Shown here: positions 36,203-45,566 of the stretch, one piece after another
How the letters are laid out: the number at the start of each line of letters is the position of its first letter
Numbering within the stretch: position 1 is the first letter of the stretch
DNA from: a virus
IMG/VR virus record: IMGVR_UViG_3300028563_000014
Span: 1 to 64,000 of that record
Strand: one strand, 5' to 3'
DNA length: 64,000 bases
Made by a program: the position numbers and the translations under genes
The notes under the pieces: model-generated
The model's input: the letters and a program-made list of their open reading frames with translations, nothing else
Told to the model about the DNA's origin: nothing
Databases searched by the model: none

Positions 36203-36574
36203 TCACCGGACCTCCCCGTTCGTGATGTAGCCGTGCCAGCACTCCGGGGGTCCCACGGCTACGGACGGCGACAGGGTGAGGTCGTCCAGTCCGGTGCCGG
36301 TCATCTGCCACCGCGAGGGGCCCCCATTGCGCGACTGAGAACCGGCGTCAGCCGGCGCGGGCTGGCACCCGATCGGGTTGGCGAATGACACCTCGACCAT
36401 ATGCGGGCGCGCTCCGTCGATCGGGAACTCCGGCTTGCCGTACCCGCACGGGCACCAGAACCGAACTCCGTCAGCGCCCACGATGTTCAGCAGGTCGCCG
36501 TAGTAGGTCCCCTTCGCCGTGGTGTTGCGGATGAACCCGGCACTGAACCACGGGTTCGTCAGACGCGCGATCAC
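36203..36574 (-). CDS. DUF6527-like Cys/His protein
   Basis: FWCPCG...H...RWQMTG..DLTLSPSV...CWHGYITNG. Confidence 0.65.
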   Translation of the reverse strand: MIARLTNPWFSAGFIRNTTAKGTYYGDLLNIVGADGVRFWCPCGYGKPEFPIDGARPHMVEVSFANPIGCQPAPADAGSQSRNGGPSRWQMTGTGLDDLTLSPSVAVGPPECWHGYITNGEVR

Positions 36575-37677
36575 GTGAAGCTCACGTCCTCCGGGCGCAC
36601 CCGGATCAGGATGCTGTTCGACGTCGGGACGACGTCGCCGGCAGGGACCACCAGGGAGTCGTCGTTCACCAGGACGCCCGGCACGGCCTTCGCCGCCCCG
36701 ATCATGTCCGCCCGCCGCAGGGGCTGCCCCGGGATCAGGAACTGCGCCACGGACACCGCCACCGCGCGCACCTCGGCCTGGGCCTGCTGGGTGTCGATGC
36801 CGGTAGAGTAGGCCAGCTTGTAGGTGACCGGCTCGTAGCTGATGAGCCCCCCGGAGACGAAGACCGGGATCCCGCAGGCCCGGAACTGCAGCAGGACGTC
36901 GCTCACGGCCTGGAGCATCGGGCCCGAGGCGTTGCCGGCGTCGTCCCCGATCACGAGCTCCACCGCGCCCGCGGGCAGGCCGCTCCCCGGGTTGCTGATC
37001 TCGAACGCGCTCGATACGGACACCCCGGGGACCGTCAGCGCCGCGTACTGGATCGCGCCCAGCGTGGCGCGCCGGAGCGTGATGTAGTACCCGCGGATCC
37101 GCCCGCGGAACCTGGGATCGCTCTCCTGGACCGTCCCGCCCGCCGCCGGCTCTGGGTTCGTCACCGTGATCGTCGGGTCGAACGCCTGGTCACCGAGCAG
37201 GGAGATCGCCCCGGCGGGGACGTTCTGGTCCGGCCCGACGATCGCCGCGACGACGTCCGCGGCGACCTCCAGGTCCGGCGCGTTGAACACCGCATCAGAC
37301 ATCAGCGAGAACGTCGACCCCTGCGCTGTCGTGAACCGGAACCCGGCCTGCAGGACCCCGCCCCCCGCCCCCGCCGTCGGGCGCGACAGGAGGACCCCGG
37401 TGGTGGCCGCGTTCGCCGGCTTGCGGGTGATGCCGAAGCGGTCGTAAGCGAGCCGGTCCAGGCCGTCCTGGCGGGCGGTGTCGACGAACAGGTCGCGCAT
37501 GCAGCGCGCCCAGGCCGCGACCAGGTTCTCGCCCATCACCGAGGCCTGGCCGACGATGATGTTCGCGTCGCTGCCGGCGACGTCGACCACCTTCGGGTTG
37601 ATGCGCGTGTTCGGCTGGCCCTTGATGTAGCGGCGCCCGACGGAGAATAAGTCCTGCCGGCTCGGAAGGTCAGCCAC
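36571..37677 (-). CDS. baseplate J/gp47-like protein
   Basis: FVDTA...LDRLA..RFGITRKPA, TVTNPEPAAGGTVQESDPRFRGR. Confidence 0.9.
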   Translation of the reverse strand: MADLPSRQDLFSVGRRYIKGQPNTRINPKVVDVAGSDANIIVGQASVMGENLVAAWARCMRDLFVDTARQDGLDRLAYDRFGITRKPANAATTGVLLSRPTAGAGGGVLQAGFRFTTAQGSTFSLMSDAVFNAPDLEVAADVVAAIVGPDQNVPAGAISLLGDQAFDPTITVTNPEPAAGGTVQESDPRFRGRIRGYYITLRRATLGAIQYAALTVPGVSVSSAFEISNPGSGLPAGAVELVIGDDAGNASGPMLQAVSDVLLQFRACGIPVFVSGGLISYEPVTYKLAYSTGIDTQQAQAEVRAVAVSVAQFLIPGQPLRRADMIGAAKAVPGVLVNDDSLVVPAGDVVPTSNSILIRVRPEDVSFT

Positions 37678-37680
37678 CGG

Positions 37681-38628
37681 TTAGGCCCCCGCCGATACAG
37701 CGCCGTCGCTGGAGATCGAGGCGTTCAGGCGCACCTGGCGCCCGGAGCGCGTCTTGATCAGGCTGTTCACGAACGTCAGCCCGGTCCCGTCGATCGACGT
37801 CGTCACGCTGACCGCCGCTACCTCCGGCTCCTGGGAGATCTGATTGATGGCGTCGACCTTCAGCGCGGCGAGCTTGGACGTGCTGCCGATGCTCTTCAGG
37901 TCCACGGCCAGGCCGTAGCCGGGCAGGTGAGCGAAGCTGTTCTTGCGGGTGCCGAACCGGCGCAGGACCCGCTTCACCAGCCCGAGGTCCTCGGCCTCCG
38001 GCGCCGCGTCCCCGCTGTCGTCGATCTGCCAGCAGCCGATGGCCGGCGGGTTGGCGATGTCGATCAGGTCCTGCCGGCGCTCCGGGAGCCGCGTCTCGGA
38101 CAGCTGGGTCACCCCGTCGAACTGGGCATCGTACGGCGCGCCCAGGCCGCCCCCGAAGGCCGAGGCGACCTGCCGGACGTGCACCTGGTAGCGGATGCCC
38201 AGGACGAGCTGCCGGTCGACGCAGACGTCGATCCCGCGCTCGTAGGGCGCCAGCGGACTGGACCCGTTGCCCACGCCCCAGGCGGGCCCGGCGACGACGT
38301 CCGTCAGGACCCCGACCGGGGTAGGCGCGGTCGCCGCGCCCGACACGACAGAGAAGCTGTAGTTGCTCGGGTTCAGCGCGTCGGCGCGCCCGGACGGGGT
38401 CCGGTGCTGCGGGGTCTCCGAGAACACCACCCGGACCACCTGGCCGGCGACCGCGACCGCGCGCAGCACGGACAGCGACCCGCCGCTGCCCATCGGGTCG
38501 CCGTAGGCCTCCCCGCCGTAGCCCCCATGGCGAGGGGGGATCGCGGACGGGCCCGTGGACTCGCTGTCCTCGTCGTCTGCCCCACCGACAGGGGCGCCGC
38601 CCAGGGGGGACCCGCCGGTTCCGCTCAT
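37681..38628 (-). CDS. gp25/GpW-like baseplate protein with N-terminal Ig-like domain
   Basis: C-terminal DDSGD...VLRRFGT...HLPGYG...QEPEV. Confidence 0.7.
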   Translation of the reverse strand: MSGTGGSPLGGAPVGGADDEDSESTGPSAIPPRHGGYGGEAYGDPMGSGGSLSVLRAVAVAGQVVRVVFSETPQHRTPSGRADALNPSNYSFSVVSGAATAPTPVGVLTDVVAGPAWGVGNGSSPLAPYERGIDVCVDRQLVLGIRYQVHVRQVASAFGGGLGAPYDAQFDGVTQLSETRLPERRQDLIDIANPPAIGCWQIDDSGDAAPEAEDLGLVKRVLRRFGTRKNSFAHLPGYGLAVDLKSIGSTSKLAALKVDAINQISQEPEVAAVSVTTSIDGTGLTFVNSLIKTRSGRQVRLNASISSDGAVSAGA

Positions 38629-38638
38629 GCGTTCGACT

Positions 38639-39382
38639 CTACTCGGATTTGGAGGTAACCGACAAAAACGCGGTCGACTGCGCCTCGAACGCCTGCCACG
38701 CCGCCTGCAGCGCCTGTAGGCCCGGCTGGAGCGCCCCCAGGGGCCCCACCGCCACGGCGATGAGCGCGGCGAGCCCGGCCAAGATCGCCGCGCTCTGGGT
38801 CGCCTGCGCCTCCCGGTAGGCGTCTCCGAGCAGCAGGTGCTGCTGGGCGTCCTTGCCCAGGGAGATCTCCCCCTCCTTGCTGATCACGACCGCCTTCCCG
38901 GCGCTGGCCAGGGACGCCGAGCCGTCCGCCTCGAGGCGCAGGACCGCACCCGCCGCCGTCCGGACCTCGATCGGGACGCCGCGGGCGAAGATGCTCGCGC
39001 GGTCGTTCCGAAACACCGGCTTGCCGTCGGTCTCCACCGGCAGCGGCTCTGAGGCCCCCGCCACCACGCACAGGACGTAGGGGATCATCGCCAGGTCCCC
39101 CCCGGGGATCGCCACCAGCACCTGGTTCCCTGGGCGGATCGGGAACAGGACGGAGACCGCGCCGGCCTGGTGCCCGTAGTGGCAGGTGATCGGCACCCCG
39201 GACGGCTCCAGGACCACGTCCACGTCCACGCCAGACGGCGAGATCACGACCGCGTTCGGGTCGGTGTAGTCGGGCTGCTCCCCGTTGACGGCGGCGACCG
39301 TTCCCCGGGAAACCCAGAACCGGGCGTCGATACCAGCCATCGTGAGCCCCGCCCCCAGGCGGAGCATGTCCGGGGACCTCAC
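38639..39382 (-). CDS. baseplate spike (GpV-like)
   Basis: OB-fold-like FPIRPGNQVLVAIPGGD; beta-repeat C-terminus ending FLS..SK. Confidence 0.75.
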   Translation of the reverse strand: MRSPDMLRLGAGLTMAGIDARFWVSRGTVAAVNGEQPDYTDPNAVVISPSGVDVDVVLEPSGVPITCHYGHQAGAVSVLFPIRPGNQVLVAIPGGDLAMIPYVLCVVAGASEPLPVETDGKPVFRNDRASIFARGVPIEVRTAAGAVLRLEADGSASLASAGKAVVISKEGEISLGKDAQQHLLLGDAYREAQATQSAAILAGLAALIAVAVGPLGALQPGLQALQAAWQAFEAQSTAFLSVTSKSE

Positions 39383-41535
39383 CCGCCGCCCCCCACCGCC
39401 GCCTCGGCCAGGCGCACCAGCAGCTGGTCAGTGTTCGCCTGGATAGCGGCGGCGCGCCCGTCGGGCTTGGCGCCGGACACCGCAGCCTTCAGCCGGTCGT
39501 TCGTGGCCGCGTCCTGGGGCGCCAGGTTGGCCGGCAGGTTGCGCGCTTCCAGGAACCCGGAGAGCTCGATCGTCACCGAGAACCCCTCTCGCACGGACCA
39601 CTGGTACTCGACCCGGCGGCAGTAGAACCAGTCGGTCAGCTTAGCCGAGGCGTAGGCCGCTTCGATCTTGGCCAGGGCTGACTCCAGCGCGGACTTCTGG
39701 CCTACGGCGATGAACGCCTTGCTGTTCGGGTTCTCGAGCAGCGCGCGCCGCAGGAAAGCCGGGTTGCTCCGCCGGCCGAACAGTTCGGACAGGCCGTTCA
39801 CCACCAGGTCGGCGGACGGGTCGGAGACGGTGCTCCCGACCGTCACACGGCAGGGCGTCCCCGGCCGCAAGCGCAGGATGTCCGGGTTCTCGTTGTGCGT
39901 CTCCGGCCGGGTCGGGTCGAGGTAGCTGCACAGCTCGTTCGTCTCGATCGTGCACTGCAGCTCGTGCCGGCTGATGGAGTGGTAGAGGGCCACTGCAATC
40001 AGGTCCAGCGCCTCCTGCGACCGGATCTCCCGCACCTCCCGGACGATCTCCTCCTCGATCGGCTGGTGCCCGAGCGCCGAGCCGGCGCCGCCCGACCCCA
40101 CGGCGCTGGGCTTCGTCGCGCGGTGCGTGCGCGGGAAGAACGCCTCCAGCGTCCGCTTCCCGGGCGGCCCGTCCGGGTTGTGGCAGATGACGCGAATGCG
40201 CGGCGCCCGGTTGCGCCCGTACTTCCGCGACATCTTCATCTTCTTGATGTTGGAGCCCCAGACGAAGAACCGCACGTCGGTGTGGATGACGGATCCACCC
40301 ACCGTGATGTCGCGACCGAACCCGTCGACCGGGCCACCCGGCACCACGATCCCGTCCTGCGGCGTCTCCTTGATGTTCTGCGGCGGCACCAGGAGGATGT
40401 TGTTGGCTCCGATCGGCGTCACCGAGCCGTCCGCCTCCTGGGCCACGATCGACGGGTCATAGACTGGGATCATTCCGCCCAGCAGCGCCGCGCGCGTGAC
40501 GATGTCCCAGATGGACACGTCGGTGGACGGGTTGATCGACGGCGGCTGCACGCCCGCAGGCTGCCCCCCGCCCGGGTCGGCCGCGGGGTCCATGCCGGGC
40601 GGCGGCCCCCCCTGGACGAGCCCGCCTGCCTGCGCGCGGCTGGCCGCCGTCTGGAGCGACCGCTTGAAACGCTGGGCGTCGATCCGGGGCTCCTTCGCCG
40701 GGTCGACGTTCGGGAAGTACCTGACGCCGATGGCGTCGCCCAGCTGGCCGTTGAACTCCGGCACGGTCGAGATCACGCGCCGGATGTAATCGGCCAGCCC
40801 CTCGCCCCCGGGCGCCACCCGCAGCTCCTTGGCGAACGGGTTGACCTTCAGGGCGTTCAGGCGCCCCTCCAGTGAGTCGGCGCTGACGGAGATCTTCACG
40901 TCCTCCTCGTCCGCCTCCATGTCCTCGCTCTCGGCGTAGCCGCGGAACACCGGCGGCAGCCCCATCACCCGGGGGATCCAGCTGGCCGGGTCGGCATAGT
41001 CGTCGACCGCGGCGGTGCCGAAAAACACCTCCACGAACATCGCCCGGACAATCTCCGGGGCGATCGGGAGGTCCGACAGCTGGACGCCGAACGTCAGCTT
41101 TGCCGCGGTGCGGAACCCGTCCAGGTTCAGCGTCAGGTCCACCGGGACGACGCAGATCTGCACCGAGTTGTCCGTGCGCGATTTCCCGAGGGGAGCGGCC
41201 GCCGCGCCGGGCGCCGCCGTCCCCGCCGCGCTGGCGGCCGCGCGCCGGCTCGCCACCGCTGCCGCCGCGTCAGCCCCCAGGTCGCGCTCCCCGGACGCGC
41301 GCCGGACGGCCTGCAGGTTCGCCGCCGCCTGCGCCGCCGCCTGCGCCTTGGCCGCCGGGGATTTCGGGGGGGAGCTCTCCGACTGCGCGCCGGCGCCGTC
41401 GTCGTTGGTGAAGTCCTCCAGCAAGATCGACAGGCGCAGCACCGCCGCTGGCCGGTAGACGTACTTCACCCCGGCGGTGCCGGAGGAGAGCACCTCGGCG
41501 GATAGGGCGCGAGGGATCTGCGGGGTCAGCGCCAC
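39379..41535 (-). CDS. baseplate hub protein
   Basis: Size and synteny; C-terminal FYCRRVEYQWS..GF...IEL. Confidence 0.65.
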   Translation of the reverse strand: MALTPQIPRALSAEVLSSGTAGVKYVYRPAAVLRLSILLEDFTNDDGAGAQSESSPPKSPAAKAQAAAQAAANLQAVRRASGERDLGADAAAAVASRRAAASAAGTAAPGAAAAPLGKSRTDNSVQICVVPVDLTLNLDGFRTAAKLTFGVQLSDLPIAPEIVRAMFVEVFFGTAAVDDYADPASWIPRVMGLPPVFRGYAESEDMEADEEDVKISVSADSLEGRLNALKVNPFAKELRVAPGGEGLADYIRRVISTVPEFNGQLGDAIGVRYFPNVDPAKEPRIDAQRFKRSLQTAASRAQAGGLVQGGPPPGMDPAADPGGGQPAGVQPPSINPSTDVSIWDIVTRAALLGGMIPVYDPSIVAQEADGSVTPIGANNILLVPPQNIKETPQDGIVVPGGPVDGFGRDITVGGSVIHTDVRFFVWGSNIKKMKMSRKYGRNRAPRIRVICHNPDGPPGKRTLEAFFPRTHRATKPSAVGSGGAGSALGHQPIEEEIVREVREIRSQEALDLIAVALYHSISRHELQCTIETNELCSYLDPTRPETHNENPDILRLRPGTPCRVTVGSTVSDPSADLVVNGLSELFGRRSNPAFLRRALLENPNSKAFIAVGQKSALESALAKIEAAYASAKLTDWFYCRRVEYQWSVREGFSVTIELSGFLEARNLPANLAPQDAATNDRLKAAVSGAKPDGRAAAIQANTDQLLVRLAEAAVGGGG

Positions 41536-41536
41536 G

Positions 41537-42727
41537 TCAGCACTGCTGGCTGAGGTTGCCCGAGGACCCGTTCGCGGGCCGCGGGATCACGATGGACCGG
41601 CCCGGATCGTCGCTGGCCCCGTCCGGCGGCGCCGGCACGGCCGACCCGTCGATGTCGTTCTGGTTCGCGATCAGCCACCACATGTCCGGGTCCTGGTAGT
41701 AGCGCAGCGCCAGATCGCGCAGGTCCGTCCCGGCCGGCGCGTCGACCACGGCGATTACGTCCGGCTGGAAGCTCTCCTGCAGTCCGGCGCTGGCGTCCAC
41801 GCACCGCTCGCGCGCCACGTCGACCTGCAGGAGCTGCGTGAACAGGTCGTCCTTCAGGGTCAGCAGGCCGAGCGCCGAGTCGCGCACCTCGATGAACAGG
41901 AGCGCCATGTTCAGCAGGTTCTGCTCCACCTGGCCCAGGGCCTCGACCGTCGCCGCGCACGCCCCGATCATCTGGAGCGCCGCCTGCGCCGGGACCTGGA
42001 CTGATGACACGATCATGGCTGAGCCCGCTTGGATCGAGTCGAGGGCGCTGGCCACCTGCTCGTAGGCCTGGCCGATGCCGTTCGCGATCTGCTGCGGGAT
42101 GCCGCCGGTCGAGACGGCCGGCCCCTGAGAGAACTCGTCCCACATCGCGGCGGACAACTGGGCGTCGTCCACCGCTTCGTTCATGTCCTGGCGCGGGTTC
42201 ACCTTGGCCGTCGTGAGCGACGCCGGGGCCTGGCTCTGCGTCTTCGATCGCCACTCGAAGTCCGCTTCCCACTTGATGTCCTGGACGCGGGCGATCTCGA
42301 ACTTGGCCCGGGAGACGATCCCCTGCCGGATGACGGGCGTCCCCGAGAGCACCGGCGCCCCGGTGTCCCCACCGATCGCCCCGCCCCAGCTCACCTCGAC
42401 CGAGACCCCGCGGACCCTCAGCTCGTCGAGTAGCTCCATCAGGGCCCAGGCCGCGCCGTCGCCCAGGAAGCGGTCGTTCCACTCTCCGGCCACCGTGGTG
42501 GGCTTCTCCGTGGGCCCCAGGGCCTGCTGGGAGGCCACCGGGTTGCCGTTGTACCAGGTGGTGACCACCTTGTGCGTCCCTTCCAGGATCAGCGCCCCGG
42601 CGACGTTCTGACGCCCGACCAGCTGGATCACCCCGGGCGCCTGGTCCGGCTGCAGCTGAGCGACGGACAGGTCGCCCTCCAGAACTCGGATCTGGAACGG
42701 ACCAGCTTGGGAGGCGAAGTCGGCCAC
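41537..42727 (-). CDS. tail tube initiator with C-terminal LysM-like domain
   Basis: TDLRDLALRYYQDPDMWWLIANQN; follows tape measure. Confidence 0.75.
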   Translation of the reverse strand: MADFASQAGPFQIRVLEGDLSVAQLQPDQAPGVIQLVGRQNVAGALILEGTHKVVTTWYNGNPVASQQALGPTEKPTTVAGEWNDRFLGDGAAWALMELLDELRVRGVSVEVSWGGAIGGDTGAPVLSGTPVIRQGIVSRAKFEIARVQDIKWEADFEWRSKTQSQAPASLTTAKVNPRQDMNEAVDDAQLSAAMWDEFSQGPAVSTGGIPQQIANGIGQAYEQVASALDSIQAGSAMIVSSVQVPAQAALQMIGACAATVEALGQVEQNLLNMALLFIEVRDSALGLLTLKDDLFTQLLQVDVARERCVDASAGLQESFQPDVIAVVDAPAGTDLRDLALRYYQDPDMWWLIANQNDIDGSAVPAPPDGASDDPGRSIVIPRPANGSSGNLSQQC

Positions 42728-42736
42728 GGGGAGATC

Positions 42737-44467
42737 TTAGTCCCCGAGGGGCTCCGCCGTCATCGCCTGCGATCGGGCGTGCACCTGGTTCTCGAGATTG
42801 TCCCAGAAGCGCAGAAAGGCCCGGCCCGGGTCCTTCTCCTCGTTCTTCCACGTGACGTGGATCCCCCCGTTGAAGTTGTAGACCGGCTTCGGCGGCTTCG
42901 TCCCGGGCACGCCCTCCGTCCGCGCCGCCTGGCGCACCACGGCCAGGTTCCGGCTCAACACCTCGGCCGCCGCCGCGCCCAGCAGCCCAGCGCTGGCGCC
43001 CGCGCCCAGGCCGGATGACTTGAACATCGCGGCGAACTTGTCCCGGTCGGCGCTGGCCATCGAGTCGACGATGCCGTTGAACTTCTCCATTGCGATCGCG
43101 CCGTTCTCGAACAGGCCCTTCTGCTTCAAGATCTCCGCCGCGGCGCTGGCGCGCACCGCCATGTCCTTCTTCCCGGCCTCGATCTGCTCGTTCGTCAGCT
43201 CCGAGTTGTGCTTCTGCATGTAGGCCTGCGTCTTGGCGATCTCGCCCACGGTCGAGAAGAAATCGCCCAGCTCGGATGCCTGCTTCTTCCGGCTCTGCCA
43301 CTCGTCGTAGACGCCCTTCAGCGCGATGGCCGCCAGGCCGCCCGCCGTGACGATGGCGCCGAACATCGGCGCCACGGCCCCGAGCGTGCCCAGGAGGCCA
43401 CCCGCGCCCGACAGCGCGCTCCCCACGCCGCCCAGGGCCCCGATCCGTCCTACCCCGGCTCCCAGCCCCGCCAGGCCCCCGCCGAGCGACGCCGCCAGCT
43501 CCCCGACCTTCAGGCCGGCGAAGACCGCCCCGATCGCCACCCAGTGCTCGCGGATGAACCCGGAGATGCTCTGGAGCGTATGGAACCCGGCCACCAGCTT
43601 GCCGGCGAACGATTCGACCAGGCTCTTGCCGTCCTTGCCTACCTGGCTGATGTGCTTCGACCAGCCCTCCAGGCTCTTGGCGATCTCCTTGAATAGCGGG
43701 CCGGTGGCATCGCGCAGCAGCGCCGAGACCGTGATCTGGGCCCGGGTCAGCGCGCCTCCGATCCCGCCCCCCATCGCCTCCGCGATGTCCTTCGAGCCCT
43801 TGAGCCCCTTCTGGATGCGCTCGTAGATCTGCGGCGCGGAGAGCTTGTGCAGGTCTCCAAGCGTCATACGCATGGCCAGGGAGAAGTCGTTCCCCGGACG
43901 GATCGCCTTCGTGGTCAGCGCGCGCGCAATGGTCTGGGCGGCTTCCTCACCGCTGACACCGTAGCGCTTGGCCGTGGCGATGGACGCCTCGGTCAGTCCC
44001 ATCACCTTCTCCTGCGAGAGGCCCAGGCCCCCGGTCGCCACCAGGAGCTTCTTGTAGGCCGCGGTGACGTCGTCGAGCGGCATGACGTACTTGCCGGCGG
44101 ACTCCTCCAGTTCCTCCGTCACGCCCTTGGCGATCTTCATCGACCGGGTGAACTGGTCGATCTCCGACGTCCCCTTGCCGAAGTCGAGGGCCGACGTCAG
44201 GACGCCCGCGATGCCCTTCTGCGTCTGGGCGAACTCGGTGTTCGCCTCCTTGATCTTCTCGATCCAGGACCCGACCCCGTAGCCCAGCCCCAGCGCCGCC
44301 AGCGTCGTCAGCCCCTGCTCGCGCCGAAACTCGCCCACCCGCTCCCGCAGGTGGTCCAGGCGCTTCGCCCCACCCTCGAAGGCCGAGGCCATGCGCATCA
44401 CCGTCGCGCCTACGCCGGCGTCGCGCGCGGTGAACTCGGTCCTGACCTCTCGGCCGATGGTCTCCAT
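42737..44467 (-). CDS. tape measure protein
   Basis: Ala/Gly-rich helical 576 aa, directly after the chaperones. Confidence 0.85.
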   Translation of the reverse strand: METIGREVRTEFTARDAGVGATVMRMASAFEGGAKRLDHLRERVGEFRREQGLTTLAALGLGYGVGSWIEKIKEANTEFAQTQKGIAGVLTSALDFGKGTSEIDQFTRSMKIAKGVTEELEESAGKYVMPLDDVTAAYKKLLVATGGLGLSQEKVMGLTEASIATAKRYGVSGEEAAQTIARALTTKAIRPGNDFSLAMRMTLGDLHKLSAPQIYERIQKGLKGSKDIAEAMGGGIGGALTRAQITVSALLRDATGPLFKEIAKSLEGWSKHISQVGKDGKSLVESFAGKLVAGFHTLQSISGFIREHWVAIGAVFAGLKVGELAASLGGGLAGLGAGVGRIGALGGVGSALSGAGGLLGTLGAVAPMFGAIVTAGGLAAIALKGVYDEWQSRKKQASELGDFFSTVGEIAKTQAYMQKHNSELTNEQIEAGKKDMAVRASAAAEILKQKGLFENGAIAMEKFNGIVDSMASADRDKFAAMFKSSGLGAGASAGLLGAAAAEVLSRNLAVVRQAARTEGVPGTKPPKPVYNFNGGIHVTWKNEEKDPGRAFLRFWDNLENQVHARSQAMTAEPLGD

Positions 44468-44469
44468 GC

Positions 44470-44703
44470 TTACGAGCGCTCCAGCTTCCTCATGGCGGCG
44501 ATCCCCTCCAGATAGGCGGCCATGTCCCGCTGGGTCATGGCGTACAGGTGCGGGAGCTGCTGCCGGCCGTGGACCGTCGCCTGGGCGAACTGGAGCCAGA
44601 TGTTGCGCTCGATCTTCCGGCAGATCGAAGCGTCCTGGAGTTTCTCCAGTTCGCCGTACACTAGCCCGTTGGCTAGACGGACTGCTTCATGCTGTCTAAA
44701 AAA
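44470..44703 (-). CDS. tail assembly chaperone, -1 frameshift extension
   Basis: -1 frame open from the slippery heptamer to the stop just before the tape measure gene. Confidence 0.75.
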   Translation of the reverse strand, partial: FFRQHEAVRLANGLVYGELEKLQDASICRKIERNIWLQFAQATVHGRQQLPHLYAMTQRDMAAYLEGIAAMRKLERS

Positions 44704-45050
44704 GCTTTGCCGTCCGCCTCGGACGGGAAGTTGATCTTGTTCAGCGCGCGGCAGAGCAGGCGCAGCACCGGCGGCGAGCACTTGTCCAGCCAGTCGCCGC
44801 CCTGGTCCGCGGCCTTCCCGTTTACCTTGATGACTGATCGGCGCACCAGCTCGTACTCCAGGGCCTGGGCAGCGCCCGTGGCATTGGCGGCGCGCGCGGC
44901 ATCGATCTCCTGGCCCATGGTGTAGGCCTGCATCACGACCGACGTCGGGTCCGAGTCCGGGAAGATCCGAGCCCCATCTGGGATCGTGAACGTGTAGGTG
45001 GCTCGCTCCAGGGTGGCCGGATTGAGGACGGACGCTGCGCTCGTGGTCAT
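44673..45050 (-). CDS. tail assembly chaperone
   Basis: Between tube and tape measure; T TTT TTA near its 3' end. Confidence 0.8.
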   Translation of the reverse strand: MTTSAASVLNPATLERATYTFTIPDGARIFPDSDPTSVVMQAYTMGQEIDAARAANATGAAQALEYELVRRSVIKVNGKAADQGGDWLDKCSPPVLRLLCRALNKINFPSEADGKAFLDSMKQSV

Positions 45051-45091
45051 CGCTGTCTCCTGCCGGTCGGGTTATGACGGCAGGGGCGATG

Positions 45092-45538
45092 CTACACCAG
45101 CGACAGTTTGAAGTCCTCGGCCTCTCCGGTCAGCTTCTCACCCACGTACGAGTCCCGCCCGGCGATCGTCAGGGACGGGTTCGAGAACTTCAGGTCCCCG
45201 ATCGTCACGCGCGGGCGCTGGCCGTTCGGGAAGTTCAGGACGCACGCGACGCCGATCTTGAAGTTCGCGGCGTTCGTCCGCTTCGAGGCGCGGTCGCGGA
45301 TTACGCCCAGGAGGATGATCCCCTCGTTGCTCTCCGGGTCGAACTCGAGGTCGAACCCGACGCCCTTGTAGATCTCGTCCTTCCGTTCCGACCCCTCGCC
45401 AAGGTAGCCCTTCGAGAGGATGTCGGACTTGACCGTCAGGGTCATGCTGGAGACGGCGGTGATCGTCCGGAGCAGGACCCCGGCGGAAGTGATCCGGAGC
45501 TGGGTGTCCTGCCCCTTGAGTCGCTGTTCTTCGGCCAT
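45092..45538 (-). CDS. tail tube protein
   Basis: 148 aa beta-rich, directly after sheath, AAGGAG SD. Confidence 0.75.
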   Translation of the reverse strand: MAEEQRLKGQDTQLRITSAGVLLRTITAVSSMTLTVKSDILSKGYLGEGSERKDEIYKGVGFDLEFDPESNEGIILLGVIRDRASKRTNAANFKIGVACVLNFPNGQRPRVTIGDLKFSNPSLTIAGRDSYVGEKLTGEAEDFKLSLV

Positions 45539-45566
45539 GGTCTGCTATCGCTCCTTCCGGCGCAGG

